IMG/VR virus record: IMGVR_UViG_3300025073_000026
Origin: a virus
Direction: 5' to 3' (one strand)
Length of the DNA stretch: 62,068 bases
Part shown: positions 29,450-39,275 of the stretch, in pieces
Numbering within the stretch: position 1 is the stretch's first letter
Layout: every line of letters begins with the position of its first letter
Position numbers and translations under genes: made by a program
Notes under the pieces: model-generated
Told to the model about the DNA's origin: nothing
Seen by the model: only the letters and a program-made list of their open reading frames with translations
The model's database searches: none

Positions 29450-29513
29450 ATTCCCTATCAGGATATCTCCTGTAGCAACCCTGTGGGTTTCACAGGGAAA
29501 GGAGAGCATTTTC

Positions 29514-29975
29514 ATGAACCTTAGAAGAGCACTCATCAAACTTGCTTACCAGAACCCAACCATTCGTCCTGATATCATCCCCTTGCTCAAACAGGCTATG
29601 GTAACTCAACTGCACCCGACCATTGAGCCTTCCTACGGGACGCCTCTTGATGGGATGACTAAGCAAAAGGCAGCCAGAGTGATCAATAGCATCCTGTCAA
29701 AGTACACCAAAGGATACTTCACGGATCAGAGCTGGAAACCTGTCCATGATATCATGAGAGAGATGAACCAAAAGGAACTGCCGTTCTACCTGCGGGATGC
29801 TGAGTACACCCACAGCTCCACAGGGGTGCCCAACGGCAAAGTGTGGGTTGCGGAAGTCCCGTTCATCAACGATAAGAATCGGCCCACATGGCTGTTCGGT
29901 CGGGTCACTGCGTCTGGTGCTGGATCCGTCGAGGATCCATTGGAGAAGTACGATTTGATGGCGTATGTCAGCTGA
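29514..29975 (+). CDS. hypothetical protein with N-terminal LIKLAYQNP.IR....PLLK motif
   Basis: AGGAG RBS; motif shared with 12388..13248. Confidence 0.75.
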   Translation: MNLRRALIKLAYQNPTIRPDIIPLLKQAMVTQLHPTIEPSYGTPLDGMTKQKAARVINSILSKYTKGYFTDQSWKPVHDIMREMNQKELPFYLRDAEYTHSSTGVPNGKVWVAEVPFINDKNRPTWLFGRVTASGAGSVEDPLEKYDLMAYVS

Positions 29976-30248
29976 AAACATCTTTTTGCACCTTTGCAAA
30001 ATCCAGTGATTACAGTAGGTTACGGCGTACCCCATGGGACACCACTTCAAGGGGACTATCCTGCCCAATACTTAAAGTGATGACTAACAGGTACGATTAC
30101 AACTGCCTGGATTCGTTGCACATTTCAACCTTGGTGGACGTGTATCCAACTCTATTTATCCTAGATGCGGGCCGAAATTGGGGATAGGCAACTGTCAGAT
30201 GGAACCACGATAAGCAGCCACAGAAAAGCCTAAAAACCCCCCACAACT

Positions 30249-31565
30249 CTAGGGACGTGCCTTCCTGATGGAGACTTCATAGCCCAGATCAGTAAGGATT
30301 GACAAGGCTTTGAGCATATCGGGGGATTCTTTGGTGTTAATGCCAGTAGACACCTTGGAGAGCCCTTCCAGCTTTGCAACACGCAGAGACATACTGTCCA
30401 GATCGGAACTCATCCTTTCGACCAACTTCGCCAGGCTATCCAGACGGATCAGCAGGGGAGTTGACACAGCCACGATCGGCTTCTTGGTGGTGGGCTCCTC
30501 CATTACAGGGGGGGCTTTTCTGGCTGCAGCGATCTTAGTGAGGTAATCGTCCACCCATTCCTTTCTGGTATACCAGGGGGTGGATGCAGTGGTACCAAAC
30601 TTGTGACCCTTCAGCTTACCAGCTGCGACCGCCTGCCGGATAGCAGAGTTGGAGGCCCCCATATCCAAGCCCAGTGTCCGTACCTTTTCCTTGAAGTACT
30701 CCCCAATGTTGAGGAGAAGGATGAAGCCTTCGGGAACTACCGGGGCATGGGTAGTCGCTGTTCCTGCCAGGATGGCTTTCACATTGACATCTCCGAGGGC
30801 AACTCCGAACACATCTTTAGTCAGGTTCTTGAGCGAATTGACACTCTGGGGACTAACCCCACGAGATTTCATTTCCGAGAGCTTCTTTCTGAGCCATGCT
30901 TCCCGGATCCGAGTGAAGCGTACCCACTCGACATGAGGCTTCTCATTGACATTCTTGACCCGGAAGGAGTTCCAGTCTGCGGCAACCGCTGCAGCTGATT
31001 CGTTACAGAGGGTGGTGAGATCGCTGTCTCCAGGCATAGGATTGGTACCCTCACCTGCAAGGAACTCTTTCAGCTTGGGCAGCATGACTGAAGGGCCAGA
31101 CTCGGATGCCACAAGCTTTCCTTCGGGGTTCCGGGTCAGAAACTTCTCGGGGTCTTCCTCGATAAGCAAAACTGCCCATTCTTTCACAACATCTGAGATC
31201 ACGGCTCTAGGGGTACTGGTCTTTGTCGGTGTCACTGTAACTACCTCCTGTTTGATACATTCCGGTTTGGGTTGAATGATCCCAGACGCCAAAAGGGCCG
31301 GGATCGCTTTTGAGAACTTTCGTGGGATTCGAGCATACGGCAGATTCTCTTTCTTGGCTAGATGAGCCGTAGTCCCATCCTCTCGATGAGCGATCATATC
31401 CTTGATGATCAGAACACAGGTACAGTGTTTTGGGACATGCTCTACGATCTTCCCCCATGGGGAATGCGCCCCCACATCGACTCCAAAATCGGCCAGTTTG
31501 CGCTTCAGATTTCCATAGACTAGAGATGGCTCCCCACCAACTATGAATGCTGTGTGCCTAGCCAT
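30249..31565 (-). CDS. hypothetical protein (possible DNA-binding)
   Basis: 438 aa; IRQAVAAGKLKG...WY...WVDDYL resembles excisionase-type HTH. Confidence 0.65.
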   Translation of the reverse strand: MARHTAFIVGGEPSLVYGNLKRKLADFGVDVGAHSPWGKIVEHVPKHCTCVLIIKDMIAHREDGTTAHLAKKENLPYARIPRKFSKAIPALLASGIIQPKPECIKQEVVTVTPTKTSTPRAVISDVVKEWAVLLIEEDPEKFLTRNPEGKLVASESGPSVMLPKLKEFLAGEGTNPMPGDSDLTTLCNESAAAVAADWNSFRVKNVNEKPHVEWVRFTRIREAWLRKKLSEMKSRGVSPQSVNSLKNLTKDVFGVALGDVNVKAILAGTATTHAPVVPEGFILLLNIGEYFKEKVRTLGLDMGASNSAIRQAVAAGKLKGHKFGTTASTPWYTRKEWVDDYLTKIAAARKAPPVMEEPTTKKPIVAVSTPLLIRLDSLAKLVERMSSDLDSMSLRVAKLEGLSKVSTGINTKESPDMLKALSILTDLGYEVSIRKARP

Positions 31566-31932
31566 TTTGCTTCTCCCGCCATTCTCGGTACCATCGTTGA
31601 TATCGAATCAGAGATTTTTCCATCCGCCCCCGAACCTCTGTATATGTCTTAGAGTGTTCTTGATATGTCGCTGTCTCATGCCAGAGCAGTGCCACTCTAT
31701 AGGTCCGAGACCCGATTACTCCCGTGGGGATCTCAAGGGCGATGTCAGACGGGAGATTCCATTCCGTTTGGGTGCCAGTTTGGACCAGTATTACAGCCAT
31801 TTCATAGGGTGCCATGGGATTCTGTCTCGTGATACGAGTCTGCACCTGGAAGGTGCCCACATGGGCATTAACATCCAGGATACCCTTGAATCGAATCCTA
31901 TTGACGGCAGAACTATGAATCACGGCAAACAC
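31558..31932 (-). CDS. hypothetical protein
   Basis: After promoter motif. Confidence 0.55.
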   Translation of the reverse strand: MFAVIHSSAVNRIRFKGILDVNAHVGTFQVQTRITRQNPMAPYEMAVILVQTGTQTEWNLPSDIALEIPTGVIGSRTYRVALLWHETATYQEHSKTYTEVRGRMEKSLIRYQRWYREWREKQNG

Positions 31933-31949
31933 CCCCTGTTCACACTATC

Positions 31950-31976
31950 TACTACTCTAATCAAAACGGACCTAAC
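31950..31976 (-). promoter_or_regulatory. Phage promoter motif
   Basis: GTTAG-N16-GTAGTA. Confidence 0.75.
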
Positions 31977-31986
31977 AGATTTACTG

Positions 31987-32334
31987 CTAGAATTCTCGGA
32001 TCTTGACCCTGTCATGGATGACATTGGCAAAAATGCCGCTGTGTTCCATGAGATCTCCGTGGAACTCCATGATGTAGACTTCGGAGGGTGATTGGTCGAT
32101 TATCTTACCGATGAAATCTATTGTGCGTTTGAGAGCCGCTTCACGGTCTGTTTCCTGCAAGAACAGGTCAAGTATGTCTACCATACTAACCAGACGTTTG
32201 CGTGCCTCTACGGCCTCAAGGATCTCTCTACAGACGGCATCCCTATCCGGATGAGCATCTAATTTGAAGATACATTTGACATCATCTACTGTTCTGGGAG
32301 TGGACTCGATGCTGATGATGAATTTGCTTCCCAT
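31987..32334 (-). CDS. hypothetical protein
   Basis: Packed ORF. Confidence 0.6.
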   Translation of the reverse strand: MGSKFIISIESTPRTVDDVKCIFKLDAHPDRDAVCREILEAVEARKRLVSMVDILDLFLQETDREAALKRTIDFIGKIIDQSPSEVYIMEFHGDLMEHSGIFANVIHDRVKIREF

Positions 32335-32347
32335 CTTGGGCCTCGAC

Positions 32348-32590
32348 CTAGGCGGCGACTTCTATGTCGGTATCTGTTCCGTAGGCCTTGCTGACGGATA
32401 AGGCAGCTAGGATGTCTCCTTCCCCCTGGATTCTCAACGCCTCTATTCTCTCCAGGGTTATGCCTTTTCGCCACTCTTTGAACATTGTGAAAGCAACACC
32501 AGGTATCTCTACCCGAACTATAGTCCAGTCTTTATGCTGATCGTCATAGCAGTCTTCAAGTTTCGCTACTGCTCGCTTGAACTCCTTCAT
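32348..32590 (-). CDS. hypothetical protein
   Basis: Packed ORF. Confidence 0.6.
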   Translation of the reverse strand: MKEFKRAVAKLEDCYDDQHKDWTIVRVEIPGVAFTMFKEWRKGITLERIEALRIQGEGDILAALSVSKAYGTDTDIEVAA

Positions 32591-33018
32591 GTTTTGCTCC
32601 CGCTTAGTTTACGGATTTCCAGGTGGGCGTCACTCAACGCCTTCAGAAGGTTCCTAATAGTGATGACCGTGCACCTACATGTCCCATCGTACCAAGTGGG
32701 ACACGAATCCCCTTTTTTATGAAGTGGCTCTAGATGAAGGGAGTCTACGATCCCGCTATAGTAGTCCCGATCTGCTTCTGTTGCAGAGAGTTCGTCCTCC
32801 AATTCTCCGATGCGGCAATTCTTGGTCCTACGAATGGTTTTGATTGCTAAGGAGAGACGACTTCCACAAGCCAAAAGAACGGTTTCGTCATCCAGCCAAA
32901 CAATTTCGGTGCCAAAGGCATCCACACAATAGGGGCAATACTTTGGCCCGTCCTTTACAAGAGCCAAAAGATGGCTTGGTATCCTGATCTCTTTGTCCTC
33001 TTCGAACATATCGGGCAC
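32587..33018 (-). CDS. hypothetical protein
   Basis: After promoter motif. Confidence 0.6.
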   Translation of the reverse strand: MPDMFEEDKEIRIPSHLLALVKDGPKYCPYCVDAFGTEIVWLDDETVLLACGSRLSLAIKTIRRTKNCRIGELEDELSATEADRDYYSGIVDSLHLEPLHKKGDSCPTWYDGTCRCTVITIRNLLKALSDAHLEIRKLSGSKT

Positions 33019-33052
33019 CTTCCTGTGGAGTCTTTTGCTATCCCCACACCCA

Positions 33053-33079
33053 TACTACTCAAAGGGGGGGAAACCTAAC
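33053..33079 (-). promoter_or_regulatory. Phage promoter motif with a 7-nt homopolymer in the spacer
   Basis: GTTAG-N16-GTAGTA; G7 at 33064-33070 on + strand. Confidence 0.7.
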
Positions 33080-33101
33080 AAGGAAAAAGTGATCGGATGG
33101 T

Positions 33102-33326
33102 TTATGTCTTCTCGGGTGTACCACGTTCCTGGAGGGCTACTTTCTTGAGAGGCTCCCGTCGTTCCACTTCTCTTTCTTTGCAGAGTCGTTTGGGGAATTT
33201 ACGAGAACAGCTGGGACGGAAACGACAGGTCCAACATTGACAAGTGGCTTCATGTTCCTTGCATTGGGCTACACTGGTCAGAGCCACGGAACAAAAGTCG
33301 CAATGGTAGTACAGTTTTTCTTTCAT
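33102..33326 (-). CDS. small Cys/His-rich protein
   Basis: CDFC...C..HE..C; GGAGG RBS. Confidence 0.55.
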   Translation of the reverse strand: MKEKLYYHCDFCSVALTSVAQCKEHEATCQCWTCRFRPSCSRKFPKRLCKEREVERREPLKKVALQERGTPEKT

Positions 33327-33366
33327 CGCTACCTCCTGTCAACTATTGTACCGTGGGATAGGCTTT

Positions 33367-34935
33367 TCAGGCAATGTCCCAGTACACAGAGAGTACCCGT
33401 TCGTATCTGTTGCCCCCGATGATGCAGCCTCTAGTACGACCAGCCAGTACTGCATGAAGGTTATCAGCATCTTCTTGGGTTTTGATCTCAGGGGAACAGA
33501 TCGCCCTCTGAGGCGATGTAGAGTCATTCACAAACGTGTATGTGGGGGTAATTCGATTCCGTTTGCCATCCTCATAGAAGATGAAGAGGTCCGGGAGGGT
33601 TACTGTAGTAACGGGTCCCAAGCAAACATGTGCGTGAGTACGACCCCACTGTCTACCCTTCATGAAAATCTGCTGAAGTTTAGGGTCTGTTGGGGACAGG
33701 GGTTCAGGTGTAGTCTCTTCCAACCTTGCCAGTCCTTTCTGCACGAGACCCCCGAAGAAGGATCTTAGATCAAAGGGAATCTCTTCATGGCACTTTCCCG
33801 TCAACTTGTTGTAGAGGTCTACGCTGCTTGCATGAGAGTGGGTGGAGATGTGCTTCACGGTGAGTTTCCGGAGGAGCCCAAAGTCCGTACACAACCCGAT
33901 CTGCGATTTGATTGTCTCCTGCTCCTTGATGGCCGCGTCTATCTCTTCCTCTGACAGATCCATGAAGGTTATGGCCTTGTCTTCGACCGCTTGGTCACAG
34001 ACAGATTTACCCAGGAGCAGACTGGCCAACTCAATTGCTTTTCTAGCCTTTACCAGAATAGGCTCGGGAATAGGGATACTACAAGCGGCAACCCCGCCCT
34101 GCTCTTGCCCTTTAGTTGCCGAAGAGCCGTCTGCCTTGGGCACGCATCCTTTGAGATTCGCCTTGGGTGCCTGCTTGATATATCTGTCGAGAATCGCAGT
34201 ATCATACTCGATTCTATTCGTTCCGAACGACTGGTATGGGTAGTAGACAAAGCCGCTTGGGCAGGAATCCCGCCAAATGTCATTGTTTTGATTTGAGGTC
34301 CCTGCTCCTGATGTAACTGTCACTACAGTCCTGTCAGTACTGGGTGTGGCCCAGTCTATTCCCATACGAGTTCCAGAAGGGGTTTGAGACACGAACATCT
34401 CAGGGATAGGTGTCGATATTAACCCCTTCCAAATCTCAGCCTTCGCCTCTTCGGTCAAAGACGGCTCCTGATGGACAACTCTTTTCATGGCGTCTCCTAT
34501 AGCGACGGTCAGTTTATTGAGGGACTTATCGGACTTGACGGCACCTATATATTGTGATGCTACATCTTGTAGAGTTCGCTCTGCCATCTCCTGGGTACGG
34601 CTTGATTGACTTTTGATGACCCATGAATAGAACGTCTCCGGGGTTTGGCGATTTGTTATCACCAACTTGATTGTCCCGTTGATTACATCGGATGCCTTGA
34701 TGTAATCGGCACCCCATAGAAGGTTACGGGTACTCCCGTGTCGGACCACATAGTTATCTAAGGCTGGAGATACGTCAGCAGGATTAACGTAGACAGCGAC
34801 TGCCTTCATGGCCAGTGCCTCTACCCGCCCAAAAGCCATCAAAAGGTTGGTGGGGCTGATAGGGAAGCTAGTGTACCAGTCAGGCGGTAGAACTGGAATA
34901 GGATTGTTCACTTTGTACAAGTCGACATAGCCCAT
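33367..34935 (-). CDS. mosaic hypothetical protein, paralogous C-terminal domain with upstream gene
   Basis: C-terminal LRSFFGGLVQKGLA...VTLPDL...IGGNRYERVLSVYWD. Confidence 0.75.
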   Translation of the reverse strand: MGYVDLYKVNNPIPVLPPDWYTSFPISPTNLLMAFGRVEALAMKAVAVYVNPADVSPALDNYVVRHGSTRNLLWGADYIKASDVINGTIKLVITNRQTPETFYSWVIKSQSSRTQEMAERTLQDVASQYIGAVKSDKSLNKLTVAIGDAMKRVVHQEPSLTEEAKAEIWKGLISTPIPEMFVSQTPSGTRMGIDWATPSTDRTVVTVTSGAGTSNQNNDIWRDSCPSGFVYYPYQSFGTNRIEYDTAILDRYIKQAPKANLKGCVPKADGSSATKGQEQGGVAACSIPIPEPILVKARKAIELASLLLGKSVCDQAVEDKAITFMDLSEEEIDAAIKEQETIKSQIGLCTDFGLLRKLTVKHISTHSHASSVDLYNKLTGKCHEEIPFDLRSFFGGLVQKGLARLEETTPEPLSPTDPKLQQIFMKGRQWGRTHAHVCLGPVTTVTLPDLFIFYEDGKRNRITPTYTFVNDSTSPQRAICSPEIKTQEDADNLHAVLAGRTRGCIIGGNRYERVLSVYWDIA

Positions 34936-34945
34936 GAATGCCCTC

Positions 34946-37444
34946 TCAGTCGATATCCCAATGCAACGAAAGCACCCTACGATACAGTACACCACCGATC
35001 TTACAAGTTTCCGTATCTCCACGCAACATCTTATAGAGTGTTTCCATATCTGTCTCTGTCGTCAGGCTAGGGGTACGTTCAGCACCTACCAAGCGGTAAT
35101 TCTGATCAGGCCGGAAGGTGTACTTGGGAGTGTAAGTGGTGACCTTGCCAACCTTGTCTGTAGCGCGCAACTCCGGGAGAGTTACACGGACAAAAGCACC
35201 TGAGATCCGCCCGGTCGTTGTCATGTCCGGCCCCTCTTCTAGATATGCCAACCCTTCCTGCACCAGCTTGCCAAAGAAATCCCGAAGAGCCGGATGACCA
35301 TAATCCCACCCACCACAGCGAATAGGGGCAACCATGGATTCTGCAAGGGTCTTCCGCCCATCAGGGGTCTTGCACATCTCTTTGCAGGCGTCCGAAAGTT
35401 GGAAAGACTGATCTGGTGTACTTTCTGTCATGGCACTTAAAGCCTTTAGTGTTGGACCGAATTCCTTATCGATCACCTTCCTAATGTTCGGCAATGCTTG
35501 TGCATCTATCGTTTCTGCCATTTGATGGGCATACCTATCTGCTGCTTCCGTGGGGAAATTGGATGGTTCTGAACCGTAGGCTATCCTAAAGGATGCCGCT
35601 GATGCCTGCTTACGAGCCTGCGCCAGCCTATCGCAAGTCTCGGGTCCAAAGAAAACCAACACATCGTTCTGAATGATTCCAGTGAGAATCTCCTTGAAGG
35701 GTATGTTGCCCCAGTGATCCCTCGTGTATGCCTCCCCGTAGTAAGCACCCAAAGCAGCCTTAGCCATCTGGATAGTTGCAGGTGTACCTACAAGGGTGTC
35801 TACAGATTGGTGATCTCTGGTGCACAACTCCAGAGCCCAACCCATCCACCGGTCAAGGAGCATCCCATTAGACTTGAGGGCATTCGGGGATTCATCTGGC
35901 TTGTATGCGGGTAACCTCACGTATACCAGATTCATGTCACGATCAAAGTGAGCACCTTCCTTACCATCAGATATGCTCTGATAGGTGTTCACGTTGATGT
36001 TCTTACGGTCTACAGGAATGAACAGGACTTCCCAAGGTTTCACACAGTACTTGTTCGTGAGGGGGATACCCCGCCACTGAACTTCTCCAACGTTGACGGG
36101 TGACGATTTGATCGTAAGCAAGAACTTTCTCAAATGCTCTATGGTTGTCTGGTCGCAAGCGATCTTGCCAAGTTTACCACCAAGCCGTTTGACTTCGCTG
36201 CAACCCATTTCCAGACAGGATTCCAACCATTCCCGGAATGCCATACAATCGTTTGGAACCGTGTGGAGATCGGAAAGCTTCAAAGTCGGTAGATGTGTGA
36301 CTTTGTCGGTGTATACCGTAGCCTCATAGGGAGGTGATGCGGAGTCAGCAGGCCAAGACAGGGGCGGGAGTGCAGATGTTCTTGCTGTAATTGTGATTGA
36401 CTCAGATTTTCGGTCATCCGACAGCATCATTATCGCCCTGTCCCGCTGTGCTGGAGGCATAGAGAAGTCCATGAACTTGGCCCGAGATCGATACTTCGCA
36501 TCAGCGTACTTATTCCCTTCCAGCATTTCTTTGGAAATACCCATACCTGCACAAATCTTTTGCTGGATGTACTCCAACTCCTGTGTGGTATTCAGCAGCC
36601 CAGGCATGTGGTGCAATACTCCCCACGCCGGATCCTTCTGCATAGCATCCAGTTCTTTCTTCAAGAGATCCTTGCCAATCGACGTGGACGCAAGAGAGAT
36701 TGCCGGTGTGACTTCCCGTATGATCGTATGGATGGCAGTTGATCCTAGTGCCGCTGCAAAAGCATCCTGCACAGGTTTGGACTGTGCATCAATGTAAAGT
36801 GGTTTCGATGTAAGTACCTTGTCCAGTATTTCCCGTAGACTCTCAATAGGGATATCCAATTCCTTTGCTGTTTGATAACCCTGTGATACATCCACGTCCA
36901 TGATGCTCAACTTGATAGCACTCACAGGTGCCAACAACCGATAGTGGGTTATTCGTTCATCCGTCCCTGCGGATCCAGCAAAACCGGCTATCGGAATGTC
37001 GATATGCGGTTCTATAGCCATGGTGAGTGCCTGTAGTGCACCTGATTTGGCACCCCTCTGGAAAACATTCCTGATGATAGGCTGCAAGAGACTGAGGGTT
37101 AGTTTGCCAGATAACTTACCATCCGAAGATGGTTCGCAAATGACTTGGGTCACACCTGTCTCTAAAAGAGTGTGTATCGCCTCTTTTGGGATAGGTGTAC
37201 CAGAATGTGCAGCACTACCGGTGCCACCATACGCACCAAAGAACATATCTTCCGGATGGGTTGTCCCGAACTGGAAATAGCCCATTTCCGCAACAGCATC
37301 CTCTTGGATCCAAACGGGGCAACAGGTCACATGGGTTACCCGAGACCATGGCACACCCTCTTTCAGAAGAGCAGTGCTCGGTGTTGGGGTTGCCCGCACA
37401 CATATGGGGCCAAAAATGGCTTCAATCTTTTTGACGATACTCAT
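34946..37444 (-). CDS. mosaic hypothetical protein, paralogous C-terminal domain with downstream gene
   Basis: C-terminal LRDFFGKLVQEGLA...VTLPEL...IGGVLYRRVLSLHWD. Confidence 0.75.
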   Translation of the reverse strand: MSIVKKIEAIFGPICVRATPTPSTALLKEGVPWSRVTHVTCCPVWIQEDAVAEMGYFQFGTTHPEDMFFGAYGGTGSAAHSGTPIPKEAIHTLLETGVTQVICEPSSDGKLSGKLTLSLLQPIIRNVFQRGAKSGALQALTMAIEPHIDIPIAGFAGSAGTDERITHYRLLAPVSAIKLSIMDVDVSQGYQTAKELDIPIESLREILDKVLTSKPLYIDAQSKPVQDAFAAALGSTAIHTIIREVTPAISLASTSIGKDLLKKELDAMQKDPAWGVLHHMPGLLNTTQELEYIQQKICAGMGISKEMLEGNKYADAKYRSRAKFMDFSMPPAQRDRAIMMLSDDRKSESITITARTSALPPLSWPADSASPPYEATVYTDKVTHLPTLKLSDLHTVPNDCMAFREWLESCLEMGCSEVKRLGGKLGKIACDQTTIEHLRKFLLTIKSSPVNVGEVQWRGIPLTNKYCVKPWEVLFIPVDRKNINVNTYQSISDGKEGAHFDRDMNLVYVRLPAYKPDESPNALKSNGMLLDRWMGWALELCTRDHQSVDTLVGTPATIQMAKAALGAYYGEAYTRDHWGNIPFKEILTGIIQNDVLVFFGPETCDRLAQARKQASAASFRIAYGSEPSNFPTEAADRYAHQMAETIDAQALPNIRKVIDKEFGPTLKALSAMTESTPDQSFQLSDACKEMCKTPDGRKTLAESMVAPIRCGGWDYGHPALRDFFGKLVQEGLAYLEEGPDMTTTGRISGAFVRVTLPELRATDKVGKVTTYTPKYTFRPDQNYRLVGAERTPSLTTETDMETLYKMLRGDTETCKIGGVLYRRVLSLHWDID

Positions 37445-37451
37445 GTGCTGT

Positions 37452-37703
37452 CTACCTCTTAGTGAGAACGTCACGGGAATACTGCAATTCAACCAGCACT
37501 GCCTGAGCCGTTAACGGCTTGGCCACTGCTCTACCTCCGGGGGATACGACCATCACGTTCGGATCGTCCCGGACCCAGTTCTCCAGCCTGAAGAACTCCC
37601 ACATGACCCGCTTCCTGAGGGTGGCACGTCCAGCCTCATAGCTCCCCACCGCAACTATTGCCAGCACCAATAACAGGCAAAGACTGACAATGATCTCGAT
37701 CAT
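37452..37703 (-). CDS. small membrane protein
   Basis: N-terminal hydrophobic helix. Confidence 0.65.
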   Translation of the reverse strand: MIEIIVSLCLLLVLAIVAVGSYEAGRATLRKRVMWEFFRLENWVRDDPNVMVVSPGGRAVAKPLTAQAVLVELQYSRDVLTKR

Positions 37704-37726
37704 CTAGGCGCCCCCAACCTACAATT

Positions 37727-38818
37727 CTACTCCACAGTATCCTTTTTTAACTCTACCGGAGGTGGCTCTTCCGGCAAAGTCTTATCAATGCAGGCATCCA
37801 CCAGATCCTGCACTCTAATCCAATGGACAGTTCCGACTTGATCGATCCCGCTATCCCGTTTTTCCACTTCGATACGAGCCGCCCAGACCCCTTCAGTGGG
37901 GGGTGGGTTGTCCCGGCAAGTCCGATAGACTGCCCCATCCACTACGGAAGCATCCGGTCTGGTGAAGAACGGTTCAAGTTTGGTGTCCTTCTGTACCCCC
38001 TCTGGGGTTAGAGTGGCACCGTCCAGAGGCCCTAACTTCCTTTGCACACACACCACAACCACATTCTCATAGATGCCCATTTCCACAACCTCACTTTCAC
38101 TATTACTCTTTTCTGGCCTCTCTGCAACCCACTTTTTGTATTGCTCTGTCAATTCCCCGAACCGTTTGATGTGTCTCCTGTACGATTTGCATCCATTCCA
38201 GGAGCCTACCCATTGCATTTCTGGGATGTATGGGCTTCTACACTTGAACCGTGGATGTTCCATCATGTACTTGACAGCTTCTACCATAGCTGCATTGGAG
38301 CAATTGAAGTCATAAGCACAGTCGGCCCCTTCTTTGCGTCCTGTAACCTTGTTGAAGTATCGAATCCATGACGAGCCCCCCAGCTTCAACGGGGCGTGCC
38401 TCAACTGCCATCTGCCTAGATCGGTACCCATCCGTCGAATGTCAGCCGCTGAGTACCGTTTCCGTTTGATCTTGGCCCCTTTCCCCCAACAGTTCTGGCA
38501 TGAGTACTGAGTCTTACACTTCCATCGCCAAACCCACACCCGCTTACCCTTCTTTTTGACCCACTTCTTGTATTTGCCCCACTCGACACAGAAGTTGGTG
38601 CATAATGGGTCACCACCCCCTGATTCTCGTTCAAGGATGGAAACAAGAATTAAAGGGTCCACGTTAGTGCCTTTGGCAACTGCTACAAGAGCGAGGACAG
38701 CTTCCTCATTATAGAGGAGATTGGACTCCCGGATGAACTCAATCTTAGAGTTGAAATCACTCTGTGAAACAGTAACCGTGGATACAGACAAAATCACAGG
38801 GATCAGGGCGTGCAGCAT
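37727..38818 (-). CDS. secreted lysozyme/lytic-transglycosylase-like protein
   Basis: Signal-peptide-like N-terminus; ILERESGG, DLGRWQL, GSWNG resemble SLT motifs. Confidence 0.55.
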   Translation of the reverse strand: MLHALIPVILSVSTVTVSQSDFNSKIEFIRESNLLYNEEAVLALVAVAKGTNVDPLILVSILERESGGGDPLCTNFCVEWGKYKKWVKKKGKRVWVWRWKCKTQYSCQNCWGKGAKIKRKRYSAADIRRMGTDLGRWQLRHAPLKLGGSSWIRYFNKVTGRKEGADCAYDFNCSNAAMVEAVKYMMEHPRFKCRSPYIPEMQWVGSWNGCKSYRRHIKRFGELTEQYKKWVAERPEKSNSESEVVEMGIYENVVVVCVQRKLGPLDGATLTPEGVQKDTKLEPFFTRPDASVVDGAVYRTCRDNPPPTEGVWAARIEVEKRDSGIDQVGTVHWIRVQDLVDACIDKTLPEEPPPVELKKDTVE

Positions 38819-38896
38819 GAAAACCTCCAAATTTGGTTGTTCTTGCCTTGCACGCTTTTCACCCCCTTTGCACAAAAGGATTCACAGCACGTTTGA

Positions 38897-38923
38897 TACT
38901 ACTCTAGTTGGAATGGATCTAAC
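38897..38923 (-). promoter_or_regulatory. Phage promoter motif
   Basis: GTTAG-N16-GTAGTA. Confidence 0.75.
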
Positions 38924-39263
38924 AGGTTTTGAAAGGAATGTCCACTATTCGCTTCTTGGGATCATACTGATTCAGGTCCACTTGGACAGGAATCGGTTTG
39001 GAGTCGGCGGATACCCGGACCAGGAAGGTTCCAGGGTACCCCTCCTGTAGGTACTTCAGGCTAGACATCATGAGAGACCAGTGGTAGGCAGCCTCTTTAT
39101 TCGTGCTGGCTTTCTCCCTTGGGTAAACATGGACACGATTCTTGCTCCACACGTATTCATTATGACTTCTGGGTGGCAGAGCGGTAGCATAGCCGTACAC
39201 CACACCGTCAACAATCCTGAAAAAGCCGTACCATTTCTGCCGTGGCTTACTCATCCTTTTCAC
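38919..39263 (-). CDS. hypothetical protein
   Basis: ORF in minus block. Confidence 0.55.
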   Translation of the reverse strand: MKRMSKPRQKWYGFFRIVDGVVYGYATALPPRSHNEYVWSKNRVHVYPREKASTNKEAAYHWSLMMSSLKYLQEGYPGTFLVRVSADSKPIPVQVDLNQYDPKKRIVDIPFKTC

Positions 39264-39275
39264 CTAAAAAAAATC

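Noticed and set aside
29976-30248. ncRNA or origin in the convergent intergenic gap
   Set aside because: No clear repeats, strong hairpins or AT-rich unwinding element seen.
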